36,277 nt of DNA. It comes from Desulfurococcales archaeon (lineage in GTDB: Archaea > Thermoproteota > Thermoprotei_A > Sulfolobales > Desulfurococcaceae). Location of the stretch: contig WAML01000119.1 of assembly GCA_015522345.1 (NCBI GenBank), forward strand, positions 1-36,277, read 5' to 3'. The notes below the pieces were generated by a model that ran no database searches, was not told the DNA's origin, and saw nothing but the letters and a program-made list of their open reading frames with translations. A program made the position numbers and the translations under genes. Below, piece after piece: positions 26,400-35,937 of the stretch. Position 1 is the stretch's first letter. The number at the start of each line of letters is the position of its first letter.

Positions 26400-26979
26400 T
26401 ATTAAACTATTCTTTGCCACAGGAAATATCCATAAACTTAATGAAGTAAAGCCTATTGCTGAAAGGTATGGTATATGTCTAGAGCAGATGATAGAGTCTA
26501 GAGCTAAAGTAGAGATACAGAGTAGTGATCTTATAGAAATAGCAAGATACGCTGTTCTCGAGAACTATAAATTGTTTAAAAAACCTGTTTTAGTAGAAGA
26601 TGCTGGTTTATTTATTGAGGCATTAAATGGATTTCCTGGTCCATATAGTAGCTACGTATATAAAACCATAGGCGTTAATGGTATACTTAAGCTAATGGAA
26701 GGAGTTGATAATAGGAGAGCATATTTTATGTCTGTTGCAGCTATAGTCTATGAACCATTCTTTATCATTGAAACAGCTAGAGTAGAAGGAGTTATAACTA
26801 AAGAGCCTAGAGGTAGTGGAGGCTTCGGTTTTGACCCAATATTTGTACCCCGCAGTTCAAAGAAGACATTTGCTGAAATGAGTATCGATGAAAAGAATAT
26901 GTATAGTCATAGAGCTAAAGCAGTTTCTAAAGCATTTTCTAAACTAGTACACCTACTTAAAACTTATAATACCCTATAA
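26383..26979 (+). CDS. Non-canonical purine NTP pyrophosphatase (HAM1/RdgB family)
   Basis: [32 protein letters not shown] and GFGFDPIF motifs. TTG start overlaps the bud32 end. Confidence 0.88.
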   Translation: MTNTCSIKLFFATGNIHKLNEVKPIAERYGICLEQMIESRAKVEIQSSDLIEIARYAVLENYKLFKKPVLVEDAGLFIEALNGFPGPYSSYVYKTIGVNGILKLMEGVDNRRAYFMSVAAIVYEPFFIIETARVEGVITKEPRGSGGFGFDPIFVPRSSKKTFAEMSIDEKNMYSHRAKAVSKAFSKLVHLLKTYNTL

Positions 26980-27025
26980 CCTTTTCCTTTTAGGTAGAAA
27001 CAAGTGTGTAGAAGAGGTACAGGCT

Positions 27026-27490
27026 ATGAATAAACGTAGAGAAAAAGGACAATCACATTCAACAAGGCCAGCTAGAGCTGGTCCACCGCGTTGGCTAAAG
27101 CTAGACATGAGCCCAGAAGATGTAGAATTATTAGTTGTTGAACTAGCTAAGAAAGGATATACTCCTTCAATGATAGGCATTATTCTCAGAGACCAATTTG
27201 GTATACCCTTAGTTAAACAAGTTACTGGAAAGAAACTGACTAAGATCCTAGAAGAGCATGGTGTAACTCTACCTGTCCCAGAAGACCTACTATTCCTTAT
27301 GAAGAAAGCAGTTAATCTACGTAGACACCTAGAAGAGCATCCTAAGGACTTCCATGCAAAGAAGGGATTAATCGACTTAGAATCAAAAATACATAGACTA
27401 GTAAAGTACTATAAACGAGTTGGAAAACTACCTCCAGACTGGAGATATGATCCTGAGAAAGCAAAACTTATTGTATCAGGTTTCTTATAA
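27026..27490 (+). CDS. rps15: 30S ribosomal protein S15 (uS15/S13e)
   Basis: KGQSHSTRP...[26 protein letters not shown]...[13 protein letters not shown]. Confidence 0.93.
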   Translation: MNKRREKGQSHSTRPARAGPPRWLKLDMSPEDVELLVVELAKKGYTPSMIGIILRDQFGIPLVKQVTGKKLTKILEEHGVTLPVPEDLLFLMKKAVNLRRHLEEHPKDFHAKKGLIDLESKIHRLVKYYKRVGKLPPDWRYDPEKAKLIVSGFL

Positions 27491-27754
27491 CGTTCTACTT
27501 AATTTGTGTTACCATCGTTATTTCCAAAAGCATCATTCCTAATAAACAAGTATTCATAACTTTAGTGCTAGTTCTTAATTATTTGTTGCCTGTATACCTG
27601 GATGTATTTTGTTAGAGAAGTATCCATTGTAGTATCCTAACCTGATTTACTCATATATACTTATTTATTTAGACCATCTCTGTAAATAGTGAAAGTACTA
27701 GTGTATACTTAGTGTTTTCCAGTGTTTTTGTAATAGGTTTAGTGCATTTACAAG

Positions 27755-28954
27755 GTGTGTAAATTGGCTGATATAGATGCTGTAAATAAATTATTTAGTA
27801 GTTTCATTACTAGAGCTAAACGTGAAGGTATTGTAAGGATAGTTCCTCTAATATCTGTTGACAATATCATAGCTACATCTATACTTAATAAGGTGTTAAC
27901 TGAAAACGGTTTTGAAGTAGTCATATCTTTAAAGCCTAACGCTGTTGTTCGTGAACCAACTATATTCTTGGACTTAGACTACTGTAATAGTGGACAATGT
28001 ATGTCTATAGTTTATGATAGAAAAACTAGTGGTTTATCTATAAAAAACGAAAATATTATTCTAACTAATTCAAGTATATCAGCAACTATAGCTGAAATTG
28101 TCGAATATTATTGGGTAACAGATTTTACTGATAAAGGATTAGCGATTATAGGTGGTATTGATAGAAATCTAGACCTTAATAAAAATGGTTTTATGGGGCT
28201 TGAAGCAAAGCTTGTAGCAGATCTTGATAAATCAAATAAAGTATTTAGTGAAATAGGGTTTAGGCTATGGGGGTGGAAGAGGAGAAAGCTCGTTGAAATA
28301 CTAGCTTATACACTATCTCCATACCTACCAGGAATAACTGGTTCTATAGATAAAGCTGTAGAATTCCTTCAGAGACTAGGCGTAAAAGACCCATCTAGTA
28401 TGAGTAGCGGAGATATTGTTACAGATACTAAGTTGTTAAAGTTACTTGCTGAAAAACTAATTACATTGATTAAATCCAGTAGTTTTAGGGAAAGAAGCCC
28501 TATAGAAATTATAGGTAAACTTTATTTCATAGATATCTTTGGGAAAATAATAGATTTACTAGATCTTTATGGAATGTATTTAGTATTGATGAGTCTTGGA
28601 GGAGACTACTTGATTAATCTATTCTATCTACCCTACGATACAGGCCTTATTGATAGAGTATATGGTTTCTATGAAAGAATAATCGGGGATGTTGTAAAAG
28701 AAGTAAGTGAGCATATTGAACTCTATAGACTTAATAAGAAACTTCCATACATTAATGCAGGGATCATAAAGAGACCTGAAGTCTATATAAGAATACTAAA
28801 TGAATTAGGACTATTAGATGAAAAAGATCCTGTCTACATGAAGAATGGAGATAAATACTATACAGTACTCTCTGAATTCAAAAGAACTAATAAGAAAATA
28901 GTGTTTGAAGAAATAAGTGATGAACAAGTTATTGAGGTATCTGAGATTGTCTAG
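27755..28954 (+). CDS. RecJ/Cdc45-like protein with degenerate DHH motifs (RecJdbh-type)
   Basis: DHH-fold order is retained, but motif I reads LISVDNIIATS and the DHH position reads GIDRN. Conserved archaeal slot between rps15 and pcc1/rps3ae. Confidence 0.55.
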   Translation: MCKLADIDAVNKLFSSFITRAKREGIVRIVPLISVDNIIATSILNKVLTENGFEVVISLKPNAVVREPTIFLDLDYCNSGQCMSIVYDRKTSGLSIKNENIILTNSSISATIAEIVEYYWVTDFTDKGLAIIGGIDRNLDLNKNGFMGLEAKLVADLDKSNKVFSEIGFRLWGWKRRKLVEILAYTLSPYLPGITGSIDKAVEFLQRLGVKDPSSMSSGDIVTDTKLLKLLAEKLITLIKSSSFRERSPIEIIGKLYFIDIFGKIIDLLDLYGMYLVLMSLGGDYLINLFYLPYDTGLIDRVYGFYERIIGDVVKEVSEHIELYRLNKKLPYINAGIIKRPEVYIRILNELGLLDEKDPVYMKNGDKYYTVLSEFKRTNKKIVFEEISDEQVIEVSEIV

Positions 28955-29210
28955 TAGAAGAGATGAAGTAGTTCGTGTAATTCTCAGAGTATATGGAGCT
29001 GATAAAAAGTATATAGAATCTATATATAAAATGCTGTCTCCAGATAATAGAGTAGCTCCAGATTATATGGTCATTAAGGACGCATATGATGATAATATGT
29101 ATAAAGTAGTTTTTGAAGCACCTCTTAATAGTAGATACATAGACTCCATAAAACAAAGTATTGATGAAATACTTGCACTAATACAGACGATAGAGAAAAC
29201 TATAAAATAA
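28947..29210 (+). CDS. pcc1: KEOPS subunit Pcc1-like protein
   Basis: ESIYKMLSPDN...YKVVFEAPLNSRYIDSIKQSIDEILALIQTIE matches the Pcc1 pattern (L.PD..., FEA, helix). TTG 28947 follows GAGGT. The ORF opens at GTG 28917/ATG 28920. Confidence 0.6.
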   Translation: MSSRRDEVVRVILRVYGADKKYIESIYKMLSPDNRVAPDYMVIKDAYDDNMYKVVFEAPLNSRYIDSIKQSIDEILALIQTIEKTIK

Positions 29211-29311
29211 TAAATTAGATAATATTTGTAGCGTTATTACTGTATGTATGTGTCTCTAGCTAAATTTTAATACCCCTATATACAGACAAGGGCTAGTATA
29301 GGTGAATAAGT

Positions 29312-29950
29312 GTGTCTGCGAGAAGAAGAGTAGCTATTAGAGATAAGTGGAAGCTAAAGAAATGGTATCAAGTAGTTGCTCCTCCCGTGTTTGGTGGTGT
29401 AGTACTGGGTACAACTCCTGCTGACGATCCTCTCAAGCTTATTGGTAGAGTAATGGAGGTAACATTATATGATATAACCGGTGACTTGACTCAAGTACAT
29501 ATCCACTTGTTCTTCCAAATAATAGATGTACAAGGAGATAAAGCTATAACGCGTTTCAAGGGACACGAGCTTTCACGTGATTATATGAGGAGTCTTATTA
29601 GGAGGAAGAGTAGTAAAATACAGGGTATCTTTGATGTCTATACAAAGGATGGATATAAGCTTAGGATAACAGCAGTTACTTTAACTAGCTATAGGTGTAA
29701 GACGAGTCAGAAGAAAGCTATTAGAAAAGTTATGAGAGACATTATAATGAATAAAGTGCCTCAAATGACGCTGGACGAGACAATACAGGCAATGATCTTC
29801 GGTAAATTCTCGCAAGAAATTGCTGAAGCTGCTAGAAAAATCTATCCTATAAGAAAAGTAGAGATATACAAATCTAAATTACTTGAAGTACCTTCGCCTG
29901 AAGGACCTAAACCCGCTGTAGTAGTATCTCCACTTATGTTTAAGAGGTAG
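29312..29950 (+). CDS. rps3ae: 30S ribosomal protein S3Ae (eS1)
   Basis: RDKWKLKKWYQVVAPPVFGG...TLYDITGD. GGTGA SD upstream of the GTG start. Confidence 0.93.
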   Translation: MSARRRVAIRDKWKLKKWYQVVAPPVFGGVVLGTTPADDPLKLIGRVMEVTLYDITGDLTQVHIHLFFQIIDVQGDKAITRFKGHELSRDYMRSLIRRKSSKIQGIFDVYTKDGYKLRITAVTLTSYRCKTSQKKAIRKVMRDIIMNKVPQMTLDETIQAMIFGKFSQEIAEAARKIYPIRKVEIYKSKLLEVPSPEGPKPAVVVSPLMFKR

Positions 29951-30091
29951 ATTTCTTCCTTTTATAAATAAGCTAGTGTAAGAACGAGTTCATTATTCTT
30001 CATAATTTCTGATGTATAACAAGTTTAGTGATGACTCTATAGTAGTGACTTTATAATAGTTTGGCGCTAGAGATATTTATGGCGGAAGATA

Positions 30092-31159
30092 ATGAGTTAT
30101 GGTAAAAAATATGATTTATTAATTAAGACTGGTCTAGGATTTGAGAAAATAGTTGCTACGAGAATTAAGGAAATAGATTCTAAGGCTACGGTTATTCCTT
30201 CTCCTAAGGGATTCAAGGGTTTAGTTCTTGTGAAAGCCGGTGAACTTGATCCCAGTACCTTGTATAAACGAATAGTTAGTGAAGTTGTTGAAGCAGATAA
30301 GATTATCCCTATAGACATAGTTGCTAATGCCTCACTCGAGGATATATCTAGAGCTGTTTCAGAAGTTATTGATAATAGGATTAGTGAGAGAGAATCTTTT
30401 GCTGTAAGAACAACTAGGAGAGGCAAACACAGCTTCACTAGTATTGATGTAAATGTTGTTGTTGGCGATGTAGTGCGTAAGATAACTGGAGCTAGTGTTA
30501 ACCTAAAGTATCCCGACAAAATAATTTTAGTAGAGATCATAGGCGATGAAGCACTAATATCTATTCAACCAGGGACTATAGAATACCATAAAATGACTCC
30601 TTCTAAGAAATCGTTGATAGAGTTTTTCAAGAAAATAGCTGTTATTCAAATGCCTTACTTAGGCCCTAGAGACTCCATTATTGTTATGGGGAAACGTATT
30701 GGTCGTGAAATACAGAATTTCGAAGTTAGAGAACTAGTCATTTCCCCTATAGGTATAGTGGATGCTGAACAACTAATGTTGTTTATACAAGCTGTTTTAG
30801 AAGGAATTAATTCTAGGTATGAGGTACAGAAGAAAAGTTATCATAGGAGAGTACATAGAGTGCCCGTGTATCTCATGGATTTACACCAGCTCGTTAGAGA
30901 TAGATCTAGTGAACCAATTATAGTGTTTGAACCCGAAGGAAAGTATATAACTGATGTAGTTGATGAACTCGAGGAACTAGTTTTGAAGAGTAAAAAGAGG
31001 GTTAACCTATTATTTGGTTCTAGAGAAGGTATACCAGTCGGTATATATAGGTTTGCAGACTTAGTAGTTGATATAGCTCCTGGAATAACTTTATCTACAG
31101 ACTATGCAGCAGCCGCTGGATTAATAGCATTAGCTACAGCCCTCTATAATAGAATATGA
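30092..31159 (+). CDS. THUMP domain fused to a SPOUT-type (knotted) methyltransferase-like domain; predicted RNA methylase of unknown target
   Basis: N-terminal half: FAVRTTRRGKHSFTSIDVNVVVGDVV...VNLKYPDKIILVEIIGDEALIS (THUMP). C-terminal end: LLFGSREGIP...VDIAPGITLSTDYAAAAGLIALATALY (SPOUT knot-like). Confidence 0.6.
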   Translation: MSYGKKYDLLIKTGLGFEKIVATRIKEIDSKATVIPSPKGFKGLVLVKAGELDPSTLYKRIVSEVVEADKIIPIDIVANASLEDISRAVSEVIDNRISERESFAVRTTRRGKHSFTSIDVNVVVGDVVRKITGASVNLKYPDKIILVEIIGDEALISIQPGTIEYHKMTPSKKSLIEFFKKIAVIQMPYLGPRDSIIVMGKRIGREIQNFEVRELVISPIGIVDAEQLMLFIQAVLEGINSRYEVQKKSYHRRVHRVPVYLMDLHQLVRDRSSEPIIVFEPEGKYITDVVDELEELVLKSKKRVNLLFGSREGIPVGIYRFADLVVDIAPGITLSTDYAAAAGLIALATALYNRI

Positions 31160-31179
31160 TTTAGTGGTGTAGTTAAAGT

Positions 31180-32451
31180 ATGAAAGCCATAGTTTTAGCT
31201 GCTGGACGTGGAGAACGTCTAGAACCTATAACAGAGACTAGGCCTAAGCCATTAATGCCTATACTATGTAAGCCACTACTATACTGGCACTTGGATGCTC
31301 TATCTCGTTTAAATGAATTAGATGAAATAATAATTGTAGTTAACTACATGAAAGACGTTATTGAAGAAGCTGTTAAGAAACATAGGATAGCTAATAAAGT
31401 TAGTTTCGTTGTTCAAGGAAAAGAACTTGGTACAGGGCATGCTATTAAGAGAGTTTTTGAGGAAAAAGATTTAGATGATGAAGTTATTGTTGTTTATAGT
31501 GATTTATTTTTAACTAATTGGGGTATTTATGAGAGAATTGCTAGAGATAATTCAAAGAATATCGTTGTTGGAGTAATACATAGTGATCCTAGAGAATATG
31601 GTGTATTATTAGTTGAAGATGGAGCAGTAAAAGGGATTATAGAGAAACCTGAGAATCCTCCATCAAATATTGTTAACGCAGGTATATACAAGTTTGATTC
31701 TATACAACTTAGAAAGTACGTCAATGAACTAAAACCCTCTACAAGGGGAGAGTATGAATTAACTGATGTAATAACCAACGCTTCTAGAGATGGTGTAGAA
31801 TTTAAGCTTATAACCTTGGGTGAAAGAGAATGGATTGATATAGGTAGGCCATGGAATTTATTAGATGCTAACACTCGAGCCTTGAATAATATTGAGAACA
31901 AAATATACGGTGCCATAGACAATAATGTAGTTATTAAAGGAAGAGTTTTCATAGGTAAAAACAGTATTATAAAACCATTTACCTATATAGAAGGCCCTGT
32001 TTTCATAGATGAAGATGTTGTTATCGGTCCCTTTACAAGAATAAGACCATATACTGTAGTATGTAGAGGCTCACATATAGCTTTCTCAGTGGAGATAAAG
32101 AATAGCCTTATAATGGAGAATGTGAAAATACACCACCACGCCTATGTAGGCGATAGTATTGTATGCGAAAACGTCAATATAGGGGCAGGGACTATTACAG
32201 CTAATCTAAGATTTGATGGAAAAGCTGTTAAAATGTATATTAGAGGAAAGAGGGTTTCTACAGGGAGAAGAAAGTTTGGTGCAGTAATAGGAGGCTATGT
32301 TAAGACAGGGATTAATGTATCTATACTGCCTGGGAGAAAAATAGGTTCTTATTCATGGATAGCTCCTGGTGCAGTAGTAGATGTTGATGTGCCTCCAAAG
32401 AGTTTCTATAAAACAAAGATAGAACACTATATAGAGCCTATTAGACAATAA
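31180..32451 (+). CDS. Bifunctional sugar-1-phosphate nucleotidylyltransferase / acetyltransferase (GlmU-like, left-handed beta-helix C-terminus)
   Basis: MKAIVLAAGRGERLEPITETRPKPLMPI nucleotidyltransferase motif. C-terminal hexapeptide repeats (IGAGTITANL..., VKTGINVSILPG). Confidence 0.85.
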   Translation: MKAIVLAAGRGERLEPITETRPKPLMPILCKPLLYWHLDALSRLNELDEIIIVVNYMKDVIEEAVKKHRIANKVSFVVQGKELGTGHAIKRVFEEKDLDDEVIVVYSDLFLTNWGIYERIARDNSKNIVVGVIHSDPREYGVLLVEDGAVKGIIEKPENPPSNIVNAGIYKFDSIQLRKYVNELKPSTRGEYELTDVITNASRDGVEFKLITLGEREWIDIGRPWNLLDANTRALNNIENKIYGAIDNNVVIKGRVFIGKNSIIKPFTYIEGPVFIDEDVVIGPFTRIRPYTVVCRGSHIAFSVEIKNSLIMENVKIHHHAYVGDSIVCENVNIGAGTITANLRFDGKAVKMYIRGKRVSTGRRKFGAVIGGYVKTGINVSILPGRKIGSYSWIAPGAVVDVDVPPKSFYKTKIEHYIEPIRQ

Positions 32452-32489
32452 ATTTACTTGATAGCATAGCTAAAGGTGCTATATAGGGC

Positions 32490-32876
32490 ATGAGATATAG
32501 TATTGACGAATTCAAGAGAAAATATCCTGCTTTGTTTAAGGAATTATTTGAAGAAAAGCAGAAGGAGAATACTGATATAACTCTCTATTTTGAAGGAGTA
32601 ATGCATGATCCTTGGAGAGGATACGTGCCTGGGCCAGTAGACTATATTAGGCGTTCTAAATCTCTTGAAGAAGCACTTGATGTAATAGATTATCTTGAAA
32701 AACGTGGAGAGATAAGTAGTGAAGAAGCTAGACTGTATAGAGATAAGTTATTGAATGAAGGGCTAGAGGCTTTTGGTCCAAGGAAGGAGGATAATTACTA
32801 TTACAAGAGAGCTAAAAAGTATTGGAAAGAACTAGAGAAGATCATTAATGATGCGCGCCAGCAGCAACAATCTTAA
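32490..32876 (+). CDS. Small conserved archaeal protein (DUF2095-like, from memory)
   Basis: DPWRGYVPGPVDYIRR and YLEKRGEISSEEA blocks. 128 aa. The 3' end overlaps the convergent NTPase gene. Confidence 0.5.
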   Translation: MRYSIDEFKRKYPALFKELFEEKQKENTDITLYFEGVMHDPWRGYVPGPVDYIRRSKSLEEALDVIDYLEKRGEISSEEARLYRDKLLNEGLEAFGPRKEDNYYYKRAKKYWKELEKIINDARQQQQS

Positions 32877-34086
32877 TTACATCATTGTCTTTAAGTTTAT
32901 AGTCTTCGCCTAATTTCTCTCCAGTTTTTGCATTAATTGCATAGAGAAACGTCTTTCCTAGATCTGTGTGTATCATGTAGGCTAACTCTCTCGCTGTAGT
33001 ACCATTGGGTACTAAGTAGGCGTCTGGAAGTATGTTTCCATAGTGATCAGTGTATTTATGATGATCTTCTACAGGGTACACAGTTATTAATTTAAGTACG
33101 TTAAAGACTGCTCTATTAACTAATTCTTGGACTCCCGTAGATCCCCATTTCTCTAACACTCTTTCTTCAATATATTTTAAGCCTCTCAACTGTTGTTTAG
33201 ATAATTTACTAGAATCTACTATTGTAAAACTTTTTTCACCCGGTATATACTCGATTAACCCTTTTTCTAGAGCTTTCTTCAATACATACTCGGCTATAGC
33301 TGATACAGGAACAACCCATTCTTCCCCAAATTCTTCTTTAAGCCTTGCTACATTTTCTTCAGCTGGCTCGAGATCTATTTTATTAGCTGCTATTATAATT
33401 GGTTTAGATACCCTCCTTAGGTTTATAGCAAACGTTCTAACATCGTCTTTGCTCCATGATATAAACTTCTTATCTTCTAGACCACTTCTTCTAATAGCTT
33501 CAACTACATGGTATCTATTGACTGAGAGGCCTGAAAGACTTTGTACTAAGAGGTCAAGTGGGTTTTTAGAGCTTAGTACTCTTCTAGTGAATCTATCCCA
33601 TAAACTCGTTATTACTGAAGCAAACCATTCATCTACTTCTCTTTGTATAAGCTTAGCTTCTTCTACGGGATCATATGTTCCCGGGGGAACAGGATTTCCA
33701 TCACTATCTGTTGAACCACTTGCATCTACTACATGGATTAGTACATCGGCTTTCCTTAGATCGTCCATGAATTTGTTACCTAGACCCTTACCTTTATGAG
33801 CTCCGGGGATTAGGCCGGCTACATCCATTATCTTTACTGGAATGAATCTATAGCCTTTTATACAAAACCCTGTTCTTGGCTGACATTTTTCTAGCCCTAG
33901 CTCTATGTGTACACAGCGTTTCTTTACGTAGCCTACTCCTACGTTAGGCTCTATTGTAGTAAAGGGATGGTTAGCTATTTTAGCGGGGGCTAGAGTGAGT
34001 GCTGCAAATAATGTTGTTTTACCTACATTAGTCTTACCTATTATACCTATAAGTTTCTCAGGGGGAGGCATAATATGTTTCTCCAT
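32845..34086 (-). CDS. Obg-family P-loop NTPase, YchF/OLA1-like, with C-terminal TGS domain
   Basis: IGIIGKTNVGKTTLFAALT, NHPFTTIEPNVGVGYV, DVAGLIPGAHKG and ANKIDL motifs. C-terminal LKDNDVIKIV (TGS-like). Confidence 0.82.
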   Translation of the reverse strand: MEKHIMPPPEKLIGIIGKTNVGKTTLFAALTLAPAKIANHPFTTIEPNVGVGYVKKRCVHIELGLEKCQPRTGFCIKGYRFIPVKIMDVAGLIPGAHKGKGLGNKFMDDLRKADVLIHVVDASGSTDSDGNPVPPGTYDPVEEAKLIQREVDEWFASVITSLWDRFTRRVLSSKNPLDLLVQSLSGLSVNRYHVVEAIRRSGLEDKKFISWSKDDVRTFAINLRRVSKPIIIAANKIDLEPAEENVARLKEEFGEEWVVPVSAIAEYVLKKALEKGLIEYIPGEKSFTIVDSSKLSKQQLRGLKYIEERVLEKWGSTGVQELVNRAVFNVLKLITVYPVEDHHKYTDHYGNILPDAYLVPNGTTARELAYMIHTDLGKTFLYAINAKTGEKLGEDYKLKDNDVIKIVAAGAHH

Positions 34087-34173
34087 ATATTTTTATATTT
34101 TATTCACTATACTATCCTTATGTATATGTGTAGTAAAATTATAGTTGTTTGTAGGATACATACTTACTTATCT

Positions 34174-34353
34174 CTAATGCTTTATAATATGCTTTAATAC
34201 TGCTATAGCTAATGGTATATTTATACCTATTACTATAGACGTAGATACTATTGTTGGAAAAACTACTGGATTCATATAAACCAGAGGCCCATCATGTATT
34301 ATAACAGCTAGTGATACTAAAGATGAAAACAAGATCAAAAATAATGCTATCAT
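34174..34353 (-). CDS. Possible 59-aa two-helix membrane peptide (below the ORF-track cutoff)
   Basis: My own translation gives MIALFLILFSSLVSLAVIIHDGPLVYMNPVVFPTIVSTSIVIGINIPLAIAVLKHIIKH*. Two hydrophobic segments. Sits in an otherwise empty 341-bp spacer upstream of, and co-oriented with, the NTPase gene. Confidence 0.3.
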   Translation of the reverse strand: MIALFLILFSSLVSLAVIIHDGPLVYMNPVVFPTIVSTSIVIGINIPLAIAVLKHIIKH

Positions 34354-34448
34354 AGCAATTACTAGACGATATTTCTACTTCTCTATTGATAAAGACTCTA
34401 TATTATTAAATATTCTGTGGAAGTATATTGTATTCAGGTGGATCTACT

Positions 34449-35186
34449 ATGGTTACTGGTAAAGATAGTGTAGAAGAGGCTAAAAAGAATGCTGCTCGTG
34501 AAGCTTGTAATATTGTTTCTAAGAAAATAAGTTCTAATACTATACTTGGATTAGGAACTGGTTCTACTATAAAGTACTTCATAGATGAATGTAGGGAATT
34601 TATTGAAGAAGTGAAAGGAGCTGTTGTATCGTCCTATGATACACTATATTATATGTTAGAGAGAGAACTTGATATACCTATATACGATCCCTTGAGTATT
34701 AAGAAAATAGATATATATGTTGATGGGGCGGATGAAGTTTCAACAACCTTAGATCTCGTGAAAGGGCGTGGAGCTGCACTACTTAGAGAGAAGTATCTAG
34801 CGCTGAGGTCTAGTACTAGAGTATATGTTGTGGATTATACAAAGTATACTGGGCTCGAGTACCTATATAAGAAGCCTATACCAGTTGAAGTAATTCCTTT
34901 TGCTCTACCTATAGTATTAGAGAGTGTTAGAGAACTAGGCTTGTTCACTCCAGTACTTAGGCACGGTATTAAAAAGGATGGTCCTATAGTTACTGATAAT
35001 GGGAACTTCATTGTTGATTTAAAACCTATTAAACCTATAGAGGATCCTTTTGAAATTGATAGAAAGCTTAGGCTTATACATGGTGTTGTTGAAACAGGGA
35101 TTTTTCCTAGTAGAGAACTTGTGGATGTAGTTGTTGTAGGATATAGCGATCACGTGGATATTTTAGAGAAGAAATCTATTGAATAG
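34449..35186 (+). CDS. rpiA: Ribose-5-phosphate isomerase A
   Basis: LGLGTGSTIKYFID, VDGADEV and KGRGAALLREK motifs. The ORF opens at TTG 34428 and the first ATG is 34449. Confidence 0.9.
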   Translation: MVTGKDSVEEAKKNAAREACNIVSKKISSNTILGLGTGSTIKYFIDECREFIEEVKGAVVSSYDTLYYMLERELDIPIYDPLSIKKIDIYVDGADEVSTTLDLVKGRGAALLREKYLALRSSTRVYVVDYTKYTGLEYLYKKPIPVEVIPFALPIVLESVRELGLFTPVLRHGIKKDGPIVTDNGNFIVDLKPIKPIEDPFEIDRKLRLIHGVVETGIFPSRELVDVVVVGYSDHVDILEKKSIE

Positions 35187-35274
35187 TATTCGCTAGCTTT
35201 AATATTTATAAACTAGAATATGTGTCTATAGCTTTACTAGATGTCTTGAAGAGAAGCGATTGGGTTGGTAGAGT

Positions 35275-35937
35275 ATGGTTAAGGGAATGTACCACTATAT
35301 TGCTGAGCTATGGAAGAGACCATATGATGGAGAAATGGGTTTATTGATGAAGCAGAGGATTATAAAGTGGAGGAGACAACCTACAGTAGTTAGGATAGAG
35401 AAGCCTACAAGACTAGATAGAGCTCGTTCTCTTGGTTACAAGGCTAAACAGGGATTTGTAGTAGTTAGAGTAAGAGTTAGAAAAGGTGGTTTAAGAAAAC
35501 CGAGGCCTAATAAAGGACGTAGGCCTAAGAGAATGGGTATCTACGGTTTTGCTCCAGCTAAGAGCCTTAGATTAATTGCTGAAGAAAGAGCTGCTCGTAA
35601 ATACCCTAACTTAGAAGTACTCAACAGCTATTATGTAGGAGAAGATGGATTGTATAAATGGTTTGAAGTTATTCTAGTAGACCCGCATCATCCAGCAATA
35701 TGTAGAGACCCCGATATAAACTGGATATGTGAGAAACAACATCGTGGAAGAGTATTTCGCGGATTAACTAGTGCTGGTAAGAAAATGAGAGGTCTTAGGA
35801 AGAGCCGTGGACTAAAGTATACTGTAAAGCATAAGTGGAAGAAGAAGCAGAAGGAGAGATTATTGAAGAAGAGACATGAAGCTAGTAGAGGAGCTAGAGA
35901 TCTATGGGTTGAAGCAGAAAAGAGAGCTGAAGGCTAG
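35275..35937 (+). CDS. rpl15e: 50S ribosomal protein L15e (eL15)
   Basis: [12 protein letters not shown]...[27 protein letters not shown]. Confidence 0.93.
   Translation: MVKGMYHYIAELWKRPYDGEMGLLMKQRIIKWRRQPTVVRIEKPTRLDRARSLGYKAKQGFVVVRVRVRKGGLRKPRPNKGRRPKRMGIYGFAPAKSLRLIAEERAARKYPNLEVLNSYYVGEDGLYKWFEVILVDPHHPAICRDPDINWICEKQHRGRVFRGLTSAGKKMRGLRKSRGLKYTVKHKWKKKQKERLLKKRHEASRGARDLWVEAEKRAEG

Noticed and set aside
27491-27754. 264-bp spacer after rps15 examined for small ORFs, tRNA or sRNA
   Set aside because: It is AT-rich throughout. It contains only ORFs of about 20 codons, no box motifs with correct spacing, and no cloverleaf-capable GC-rich stretch.
30009-30050. CUGA ... GUGAUGA (30028-30034) box C/D-like motifs upstream of the THUMP-SPOUT gene
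   Set aside because: Twelve nt after the GUGAUGA comes GACU, not CUGA. No C box sits 12 nt upstream of the CUGA. The D'/C' spacer would be 15 nt, and the region is not GC-enriched.
4472-33799. Listed ORFs lying antisense to, or out of frame within, well-supported genes: 4472-4744, 5338-5673, 6459-6710, 7392-7628, 7959-8204, 8059-8259, 9780-10043, 12623-12847, 14581-14862, 15500-15709, 16012-16239, 16838-17041, 18832-19263, 21660-21863, 26226-26420, 26974-27180, 28929-29156, 30097-30540, 31527-31952, 33449-33799
   Set aside because: Each is fully embedded in a longer ORF with a clear family assignment on the other strand. Their translations are low-complexity Ser/Leu/Ile/Phe-rich shadows with no recognisable motifs.
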